Part shown: in pieces, positions 40,025 through 51,400 of the stretch
Numbering within the stretch: position 1 is the stretch's first letter
Layout: the number at the start of each line of letters is the position of its first letter
Assembly (NCBI RefSeq): GCF_008831285.2
Contig: NC_045138.2
Coordinates: 20,460,001-20,524,000, forward strand
From: Nymphaea colorata
Taxonomy: Eukaryota
Direction: 5' to 3'
DNA length: 64,000 nucleotides
Notes under the pieces: model-generated
Seen by the model: the letters and a program-made list of their open reading frames with translations, nothing else
Databases searched by the model: none
Told to the model about the DNA's origin: nothing
Position numbers and translations under genes: made by a program

Positions 40025-40275
40025 GCAGACAGAGAGAGAGAGAGAGAAAGAGAGAGAGGTGGGGGGGGGGGGGGGGGGGGGAGTCCGGAAGTATTTCGCA
40101 TCGAGCCTTATGGGAGAGCCTCCCAAAACCTTTTTATAGCTATAGAAGCAAACAAATTGGATAGTATTTGTATGAGGAAAATAATCTAAAACATGAAATT
40201 TCCATTGATAAGGATAAACTACGAACACCGAATTCCCTGTGCCAATCCCTGTGCCAACCGCTAACTGCTCGTTTC

Positions 40276-40455
40276 AAGAAACTCCAAGTACGGTCCTCAA
40301 GTTAATTATCCAATATCTTGGAGTTTCCATTTTAGTTTTCAGAAGATTACATTTTCTTTTAACGGAAGAAACTCCAAGTACGGACCTCATGTTAATCATT
40401 TAATATCTTGCAGTTTCCACGTCATTTTCAGAAGATTACATTTTCTTTAACAGAA
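40276..40455. repeat. Tandem duplication, unit about 90 bp, in the OGG1 promoter
   Basis: aagaaactccaagtacgg.cctca...ttttcagaagattacattttcttt at 40276 and 40366. Confidence 0.85.
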
Positions 40456-43400
40456 ATAAATTTCTTGATGTAGTTTCATTTCTTGGAGGCTTCAGAACAA
40501 AAGCTAGACGTTAACGACATCAAACCATCTTGTAAAAATATAATTTGTTTTTATGAGCTGACAATTTTGTGCGATTTAGCTTTCTATAATAGGGAGTGGC
40601 GACTTGAACCGGTCTCTTTTTGCTGGCTTCAAAAAATCATAGGCTAAAAAAAAACTATTTAGCAGCTTAGATTAAATAAAAAATTTTGAATTGATTAGCA
40701 CAAGACTGCAGCTTCTTCTGTTACGGTAATAAGTTATCAACTTTTCTTACCACCGTAACGGCAAGCAATGGTGTAGTGAGAAGTGCAAAGGATGTCGAAT
40801 TGAAGACCACTCGGATCAAATCTCACCATCAACATTCTTTTGCGTGAGCATGTTCCATGTCCTGGGTTCACCCTCAATTAAAAATAAGGCTGTCACTTTT
40901 CTTTTGTTCCAGCATCTCCATTATAAGCTTTCGTTTATTAGGGAAATAAACGACCAGAGTATAACTACATTGGAAAAAAGAATCAGCCGAATTGGGTGCA
41001 ACAAGATAAAGACCAATCTGAAAACTATAACTCCGTTTACACCGTTGCCCATAAAGTGTAATCCTGGTGGTGCAAGTGTAACAGTAGCACTGCAGTACAA
41101 ATATACGAGGCAATGGTTTTGAACCACAGATGCAAGTACGGAATAAAAAAAAAATCAAAACAGCAATGGAGGCAGTACTTGAGGCATGAATATATGCCAT
41201 GTACTTTAGGGAAACAAGGTTGCATGGAAGCTTCGACCTTCAGCTGGATGGTTGGCCTCCTCTGCTCACCCGAAAGTATGAAATCAAAAATCGAAATATT
41301 AAACTGTAAAATGTAATACTTGCACTTTTAATCAAGTTGGAAACCAGGGTTAACCGAACGTCTTTTTGGCTAACTGATGCTTACTTTAACGCTTTAGACT
41401 AAAATTTCCAATCATAGCTTCTTATGGTCCTCGGGAGCAGCAGCATGCCCGCAGGCAAATCATTACACTATTAGCAGGGAAGGACGCGACGGGAGAAACT
41501 TAACGGCCATCATGTATCTGACCGGATTCTGACTCCCATAAGCAAGTTGAATGACAATTAATGGTCTAATAGGTTCGGCCATGCCTACGGCTTTACAGAC
41601 CACAAAGCTACATAATGGCGATATGCACTTCCTGCGCGTATACATGCATGTACATGCACACGCACACGTACATACATACACATGCACACAATCTTTTCTT
41701 CACAAGGTAATAACACAATGACTCGAAGATATCTAGGTGTCTACCCTTGTACTCTGCCATTACAACTTTTGATGAACAAATGCTTTAATTGCTTTGAATA
41801 TACATGCGACAGGAGTCGCGCTTTTGCAGTTTCATGTGCATCAATACAGGCCTTCATGTGAACCATGTCATACATGATACATTTGCAGGGAAATTGCCTA
41901 ATGTAAGAAGAAAATGCACACCGTTTTTCTGGGGGACAATGGCTTTCTACCTTTTGTACAGGCACTCTGATTGTCGACTTCAAATTATCATCAAGCTGAA
42001 GAAATCCAAAAATAGTCTTCACCCACGACTGGAAAGCATCTTCAAGTTTGCAGAGCACAATAGTTATACATTGAACAGGATGTAGTCAATTCTCCGGGTA
42101 TGTTGTCCAAACATGTAGCTCTGCTTGGAAACTTGTTCAAGAAATCAAACCACCGATGCCCATAGGACATCTTAATGTGCCTTGTCATCCGACTTGCCAT
42201 GCGATGTAGCGCTGAAAAAGTGTCGCAGTGTCCATGTTCTGTACCACCACAGGAATATTAGATCAAGAGCCCACTTACAACCCACTTACCAATGACGAAG
42301 TTATTCTACTGGAAGCCAGAAGCTCCACAAATAAAATAAAACAAAATAAATAATAAGAGAGAGAGAGAGAGAGAAGAAAGCAAAAGAAAAAAGAGAGAGA
42401 ATGCAGCTAATCGCCCACATGCTATGCCAAGGTTACAACGATAGTTGTCATCCAACATGTCAATATAAGGAGACTAAATGTCACAAACACTAAATTAATG
42501 TAGTCATATTTTTTTCACCATATTTTTATAGTTCGAGTATTTTGTTCCATTTCATCTGGCTGCCAGGTGCTTCTCGTTATGTACATTGTTTCCAAATTGT
42601 TGGGAGATTTTAGCCATTCTTTCTACACCAAGATTTGCATTTTGGCCACAAGAATAGCACGCACTACCTCCAGATATATTTACCTGACATTCAGGCCGAT
42701 CAATTTTGTGTGGAATGAACCACTTGGCATAACATTTGTTCCACCAAAAGGAATAACTTGATTATCCAATTTGTGAACTCTGCCCTGATCCTCATGCCAC
42801 TAAAACAATTATAACTATGAAATAATATTTTCAGATTTCAAAAATTCCCAAGTCACGTCTTGTAGTAATTGCATTGCAATTTTCTTATTGCATGGCCTGA
42901 ATCTTTCAACTGTGGGCCTGTCTCCTGCTTTACATATTCAATTGGCATATTAAGTTTTGGACTTCAAGAAAGGTGATTGTGCCATTTAGATTGCTCAATC
43001 TCTTGTGAAAGAGATTCCACACAAGAATCTTTCTTACAATCGTTTTAACAAATCACACACAGTTCAATGGTTAATCAAATCCTCTCATCCATAACTGCAA
43101 CTTGAGTTCAAGTATTGAGCTAAAAATACATATGCAACATGTTCAACAATTAATTTCGTGAGACAACAGGAAAGATTGCCAAAGTTCCTAAACCACTCTA
43201 CTTGGTGGAGTAAAATATACTTTATTAGTTGGACTATCTGCAGTTGAATTAAAGCTACAACCATCTCTCCATTCTAGCTGCTTACCAACTTCCAAGTAAA
43301 CATCAAAGATCACACACATGCATTTTTGCAATCGATACAGGACTTGAAATGTGATAAATGAGACACTGCAATACCAGTAGCCCAAGATGGTGGCTTCAAG

Positions 43401-43571
43401 CAATTTCAATACACCAGATATAGAATTATTTGACAACAAACCTTCCAAATAAAAAATATATATAATTTGAAAATTACTTAGGCAGAATATAGGTATTTTA
43501 AGCTGAATGTCATGTGTACTGCCTATCAAAAACTGCTAGGAGGTCAACCTGCAAGTATGTTTCTGTATTGT

Positions 43572-45376
43572 TTAGGTAAGTTGAGGCTTGAACCTGACAG
43601 GTCTAGACTGAGGCCTTTTGTGATGGTGCAATCTGATCACAGACCTACATAGTTCATTTTCAATACATAGAAGACTTAAATACATGTTGAAACAACAATC
43701 AACAGATCCAACATAATATAAATTATGCATGGGAAATAACAAAAACTCCAAAAAAATCCTACTAGGTGCTGGTGCTTTGTAGATAAAGATATCAGCTGTT
43801 TGTGCAAAAAAACAATCACAATTACACATAATGTCATGATACCTATTACTCAGCAAGCAAAGCTAAAATGATGGTTAAACACTTCACATGAAAAGCATCA
43901 GTGTCACAATTACAGAACCAAGTCGAAATAGTTACAAATGCTGGAAGCACGTAAAGTCCTGGCAATGTGATGAACATCCACATTCTTGACCAACATCAAG
44001 AGGGAAAAAGAATAGGGCAAGTATCTTCTTACGCTAAGATATCGACAGCATAAAACACTGGGATCTTCACAGGTTCTCTGCTTCCCATCATTTTTCCATG
44101 AGAAAGAATTAATTGCCTCTCCTGAGTCCCAGTTGCTGAGAGCACAAACTGGGAGCACATTACAAGGGCAGAAGTTACACTAACAAACCAATCCAGACAA
44201 ACTTAGGGATGTAAATAGATGAATACTACCAGTCTGATTAACCATATATTGCATAACTGGAGACAAGGTCACATCAGATGTAGAAAATATGATAATGAAT
44301 CCAAATCCATCAGATTCAGTGAGAAAATTTTATATATATTCAAGACATATTCAAGTCTGAGCAAGAACCATATCTGGAGCGGATGTCAGAAAATGTTCGA
44401 GACAGTATTTGGAATGAGTTTCTCATACTCGAGGATTTATCAAGGATTTGAAATAATCTGAAATTTCTCCACATTTCCAGAGAGTACAAGTAGATCTTAA
44501 CTACTGCAAACATGACAACCATGATTCCTCTGGCATTATTTTGAAAATTGCAATATTATCACCAAAAAAAATATCATTTAAATTGAGGAAATATCATATA
44601 GTATCTTCAACGTATCACCACCCAAAAGGATATTGTGACATTTCTTCTATTATAAAAGATCCTTTTGTGTGTACTTTAAGCGTGTGTTTTCCACTTATTT
44701 GTTTCTTTTAAAATTTTAAAAACTACTTTGAATATATCAGTATCTTTGTTTTCCATAATTTCATAATCTATTATTACTTTCGCATATTCTTAAATTTCAC
44801 TAATTTCCAAGACATTCCTGAGATTTTCTAAGAACAACACATAAATGCATTTTTTAGGGCTCAGAATAGATTAATGGTGGAATGATCCCTCTCCTTTATG
44901 AATCTTCCACGAATCTACAGATGGTTTACCCTCCCTATTTTGAGTATGGCCTTAACTTGAAAAACGTCACAGCACTAAAATTTTCTATTCTGTGTGCAGA
45001 TTATTGCATGTCTATTTTTATAGAAGAAGACATGCGCTTTGAAAAAATCATGTAACTAACAAAAAGCTATTGCAAAGGGCTGATACATTAAAAAGTAACT
45101 AATGGAGGCCTCACATTACATAAAATTGTAGCAACCAAAACTATGTCACATGGGTGCCTCTAAAGAGCTGCCACACCCCCAACGACATGAAATGAGTGCT
45201 GGTGCTGGTGCTGCTCTGACATGGCATGTCCACTGCAGTCAAACGAACTAGGCCAAAACTGACCATTTTAGATGCATATCTGACTAAACTAGTCCTAGTA
45301 CAAATGTTTATAATCACTAACATGTAAATATAGATAAATAAAGCTATTAAACAGTTAAATAACTATATAATAGACT

Positions 45377-45407
<31 letters not shown>

Positions 45408-48400
45408 AGCAAGCATGTAAATAATAAGAAAAATAACTACACTCACCCATTTTATAATCCAAATGTCACAAAAGAAAGAGAAAAGAGAGCGGTGACAAAG
45501 AGAAGAATAAGATGAAAAGGAAGGAAAAACAAAAGCTGCAAATCCCAAGTAAAGAATTGAGTACCACCTTAGAATATAAAAGAGATACAGAATCTATGAG
45601 AAATCCAAAAAAAATGAAAACGTTTTGCAAAATACATAGTGTTTAATGCAACGCTTGTTTAGAAAATGAAACTCAGAGGCCTGTTGTTAGAGCTCATCTA
45701 TGCTGTCAAGAAGGGCCTAGGCGAGGGCTAGACAAAAAAGGCAACCAATTTTTTTAAATTTTTTTAGTTATGTTAATATGTGTTGGCACCTATGGTGGAC
45801 TTAGGCGACGAGTGTGGACTCATGCTTAGTTCATGCCTAGGCGAGGCCTTAACAACATAGGAGCTCATAATGGTCAGCTACAGTCAATACTGAAAAGTTA
45901 AAAGGTTAATCTATAAAAAATCATATGGTCCTTTAAGTGCCTAGACATCACACATGGGGTACTCAGTACTCGATGCTTGACACTATCCAAAGTCTAAGCC
46001 TTTCTGGGAGATTCTTAACGAGTTTTAGCACTGGTGTTTGAAACAGCTGGATATAGACACTCTTAACTTAGAAATGGAAAGCTGAAGAAAATAAATTGAG
46101 TTCAATAATTTAGCAAGGTCAAAATACAAAAGCAGCATCAAATGACCAATAATAAACAGTTTATTGCCAAAAAAAAAGGAAAAGGATCTTAATTAAAATA
46201 AAAAAAAGTATAAGAAACAAAGAGACTTTTGACACGCTAAGAAAAAAACAAATTGACAAGGTCCAAATGATTTCAAAACAAGCTGCTCAGGTCTTGCATC
46301 TGTTGGCTAGGACCTAGAAGGTGCCTACTCTCTCTCTCTAAAGCACATGCATGTATACAAATAAGGTTTGCATTCCAACATGTGTGCCTGAAAATATTTA
46401 ATCCATTCATAGAAAGATCCTAGATAAAGGGCTTCGCATACCAGGGGAAAGAGAATGGCCATGACTCCACCACTAACAAGTGGAGAGAAAAAGAAAATTG
46501 CCAAGGCACAGGGGCTACCTACAAAAGGAATAGAAATGTTAGAGTACGACCAGCTTTTTCGTATTGTATTTTGTAATAATGAATCAAGAACAGAGACAAA
46601 TCTAGCCATGAAAACAAGCAAAGTGAAATGTCCAAGTAAAAATGAAATTGAAACAAGCTATTGGTAATAAGATAACTTGAAAACCAATGTCAAGCATTTC
46701 ATTAGATGTACCATGTCCAAACTTGTTCACAATCCATATCAAAGCATGCCCTAAAATGACCAAATTTACTATGCTTGGTACGTGCATCATATTGGATCTT
46801 AACAACTATTAAATTTCTTGATGTGCTTGCGTTCCTTATGTGAAGCAAACAAATGTGAAAATAGTCATCAAAAGGCACAAATAAGTACAGCCCTTTGTAG
46901 AAGCTACATAGATCTTTAGGAAGTTTCTTTAGTTTTAAGAATAAGGACATGTTCTCCAAATAAGCACAATATCAAATATTAGAAATACTGACAAATAAGT
47001 TGAAAACCATTTCAGATCAATTAACTTTTATCTTTGGTCAATTAGATGATTTCAGCTTAAAGGTAAAGGGAAAAGCAAGGAGACCACCATATGTATGCAC
47101 TCTAAGAATGAATGTTTTAAGAGCACATTTGAGGCAGCCAAAGAGTATCTTCATTTGGGTGAATGTCCTTTCCAAGAATCCACCCTAACGAGGATGCAAA
47201 ATATGCTAGTCGGAAGGGAATTTTGCATTTAACTTCTTTCAGAATTGCATGGTTAACTATGAGTTTTTTATGGATCCTTCCCTTTCTCCGACACATACTG
47301 CATGACAACCATACCACAAGATCTTGCCATAGGAAAAGGCCTGTCCAAATGAACCAACATGACCTTATCTGCCAATGGCATCTTGCCATCCCACCACATT
47401 CAAACTAGTTAACAACATTCATCTTTTGAGGGACTGAAATGCAGGAATACCTAGTAAAGTGTGAAAACAGGTTAGACAAATTTTACTCCTCCAGGCTAGT
47501 GATTCCCACCATTTTGTGGTAGTCAATATTGGTGTCAGTTGATTAGCAAAATTTGAGTTGAACTGGAAGTGAAGATTGGATTGATTGAGAAACTCCTCTG
47601 GAGCTATGAGTACACATGGTTGGCCATGAAACTTCTTTCTTACACTAGTTTCAATTCTTGACCTTATGTAAATTGCAAGAAGGTCAGTCCAAGAAGGAAG
47701 AGAATCAAATTCAAGGGGTTCCTAAAAAACATGGTAGAGGGGAAGTGCCTTCACTGTAATACATAACACCAAAAAGTTAAAAGAATATTTACCAAAACCT
47801 GCGAAGAAGGCCCAGTTTGTGTGGAAGAGCTCTAGCCTTTCTTTGCATCCAAAATCAGCAAGATTCCATTTATACCTAAAAGAATGGTAGACAACAAATC
47901 ATAGTCACAAAAAACATTTTGTGTTTTAAATGGAAAGGTTTTTCTCAGGCATAATACAGTCAACTTGAAGAAAAGGGGAACGAAACAGGAAAAGTACAGT
48001 AAATTCTTAAAAACTTAAAAAATCTAAAAATTAGAAAAAAAATAAAGTGAGAAACTAATAACCTATGTCACATAGGTGCGGGGTGCCGGTGCCGGTGCCG
48101 TGCGGCACATCCCCAAAAATTTAGGTGTGACGGTACGGCGAGAATATTTATTTGTTATTATTAATTTATTGTTATAATATATATATATATATATATTGTT
48201 ATTATTAATTTATTATTACAATATATATACACACACACACACACACATATAAAAATTAAGAAATTTAGAGTGTACACTATAGTCTATACACTCTACATTA
48301 CACACTTTATGGATAAATTATATATGAATATTATATATTACATACTTATAAGTTATAATGTATTGTGTATATGAATGTAACATATTAAGCATTAACATGC

Positions 48401-51400
48401 TTACAAAGTACAAACATTAAACAAGTAAACAAAAAACAACAAAACCAGGACAACACAGAAATGGAAAAAAAAATGCTAAACCCTCTTTTTAATGTTAAAA
48501 ATTCTTAAAATAAAAAATATCAAAAAGGGACAAAAATAGCTTGGCGAGGTTTGACCGCACCCAACTCAAGTCAAACGCAAGTCGGGTGTGTGTCCAAAAT
48601 GGAAAAAAAAATGATCGGGTGCGGTCAGCCGCACCCGACTCTTGTTGACTCGAGTCAGGTGCAAATCCAAGCCGCACCCGAGTCATGTCGACATGGGTGC
48701 AGCAGTCAAATTGCAGCATCTGTGTGACTTAGCTAATAACACAAACATCAAAAAACAAGAAAATAAGCAACAAATAAAAATTAGAAAATGAAAACAAGCA
48801 ACAAGCAGTTTGACATTAAAAAATGTGAAAAAACGCCTAAAATGAAAAAACAGAAAAAAATGCAAAAAATTCAAAAAACGTTGTTTTTTTATTTTTTAAA
48901 TGGCCGACTTATTCTCTTGTTTTATATACATTTTTTCGAAAAAAAAAAGCTTGCTTTTGTGACTATGTGACAACTTAACAGGTCCAACACCAAATCAAAG
49001 TAATGACTTGAAAACTACAATGTAGAGCTAGACATACTCAAAACAGTAGTACGAATACATCCAGGAGAGGAGAATAAACTTGGCTGGGACGCCAATATAG
49101 GGGAGAAGCCCAACCAAAGAAACCTGCATAAGAACATGATATGTTATCCAACAACACCTTTTATTTAAAACAAATATAGAGACAGTAATAAACTAATAAG
49201 CTATCAAAATTGGCTTATTCCTATAAAATTTTTCATCATCTCACATTTTCTTGCATAGCTTGTTGCTTTTGTATAACTGAATTGTATAACACCATGGCTA
49301 TTGGCTGTGTATTCTAATCCTATGAATTCTTATATAACTTGCAAATGCAGTTAATGACTTGTAGCAATTTGCAGAGTAAATGTCTCAAGTGTCCACTTAC
49401 TTTCACGCTATCACCACATCATTGTCCATACTATGAACATGTCAGAAGCATGGAAAGCATCAAACATATAGGCAGCTGTGGCATCATGCAAAGGCAGAAA
49501 GCACCACTAGAGATGGAATTTGATAAACTGGTTACTCATTGAGGAACAAAGTTTGGGTGTACAATACCAGACATTGAGAGGCATACGCCATACACTCCCT
49601 AAGGATTCCCAATGTTAGCTGGAACAAACCTTCTCTTGACCAAGATAGGGCCTCAGACCTACCTCCAGGCTTAGGGTTTTTTTTTTTATTTGCCAAATTC
49701 ACAAGCGCACAGAAGTCACTTTTTTTTTCTCTCTAATTGTTAATTAGGTAGTTGATGCAACCTGCACCTTCATCATGACCCACGGCAGTCAGGCCTATCC
49801 CATTGGTGAATGGCTCCAGTTCAGAGTGCAATACCAACAACCTGCCTTCACCTTAGGGTTCATAATCCAAGATATAATGACCACATAATGTAACAAAGCA
49901 ACATTGCCCTGTACATTTTTGTGCACATAGCAAAGAGCAACTTTCCTGTACACACACATATATTCGTTGAACCTGCACTTGCACCCTATAGTGGTATGAC
50001 ATAGTGACAGCCATCTAAGGGTAACTCGGGTATAAAAAAAATGTTATAATAGGAGATAGTAAGTTGGATTAATAAGTGGGCTCAGGATTGTTAGAATTTA
50101 AGGATTAGCTCTAATGTAAGTACACAGATACGTTTTTATATGTATTGTCATATATATTAAACTCCTAGTAGTTTGATGTATGATTTGTATACATAAAATA
50201 AATGTATGTATGCATAGGCCTTTATGTATTTACTTTCCTTTTATTTTTTTTATATTTTTTTGTATATCTTTTTTATATTTCTTTTTTTGATCAAGGGAAC
50301 TAACTGTTGGCTGCTCCCAATGGCGAGATGTATCTTTTGGAACTGCCCAACAGCTAGCTCCTTTTCTCTTTCTTCTTTACTTTCTTCTATAAATAAGGGA
50401 CTTGGGTCCCTTGCTTTATATGGGCTTTAAGGCCTGGTTTTGTACTTTATTTGAGATTAATTAAAAGCGTTACACCTCTGGTGCTTCAGGAATTAGGACC
50501 CTTCAATTCCCATAAGGAAATGCCCAGACATGTGAACATTCCAAAAGACACACTCAGGTACTTATAAGACACTATATGTGCTAGACACCACATTAAAACC
50601 AAATTTTAACAATGGATTTGTTTACAGAAAATCCATTAAAATGCATGCAAGTTCATCTATGCTAAATTTATCCATGCTATGAAACATTTTACAAGTGGAA
50701 ATTGAACAAAGATTCTTTTCCTTATGTGTTATTCACCCATCATGCTTGTTCAAATTATGTCCTTCACTAGAAAACACCAATAGATATGTGCATCACTCCG
50801 ACATTGTGTAACTGGATGAGTCCTGCCTACACAGGCTAAAACTTTAACTGGAAAGGGAAAACATCAAAATTCCACAGAAAAGTTTAATGCACCTCAATGA
50901 AGAAAAATATCAGCAAGAGAACAGAATAAATTTGCTCTGCGAGCCCAATTACAAACCTAAAGAAATTCACAACACAAAATGCATGTTAGAGAATTAAAAT
51001 AATATTTAAGGAAAAAGAAAGGCCATCAAGATCCATATAAAACATGCCACAGGCATATGCCACTTTTTTTTTGACAGTTACCAATAATTTTGCCCTGTGA
51101 TGTCATCATTTTGTTATATATTTATCAGTTCCTGCAGTATTTTTACTTTTCTTGGAGATGATTAGTGGCAAAAGGATGCACTATAGGAAAACAAATGCTC
51201 TATCATTTAGCTCAGATTCTCAATGAATCTATTCAACAATGATAAATATCCTGTAGACTCATATACTCCTTTCATTTAGTTTCTCAATGTTGTACTGAAG
51301 GCAATCATTAAAAGAGACAATATACTTGCATGTGTTCTGTGTCTCAATACATTTCGTGCAAACTTTTAAGTTTTAACTTATGTGAAAACTATCAAGTTCC

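Noticed and set aside
39723..40139. 138-aa plus-strand ORF opposite OGG1 exon 1
   Set aside because: Antisense shadow of GC-rich coding DNA with no recognisable domain.
40025..40228. N-terminal extension of the 367-aa ORF (poly-Pro, SLSLS)
   Set aside because: Translation of the G-run and GA repeat in the upstream region; MKRPK at 40024 is the more plausible start.
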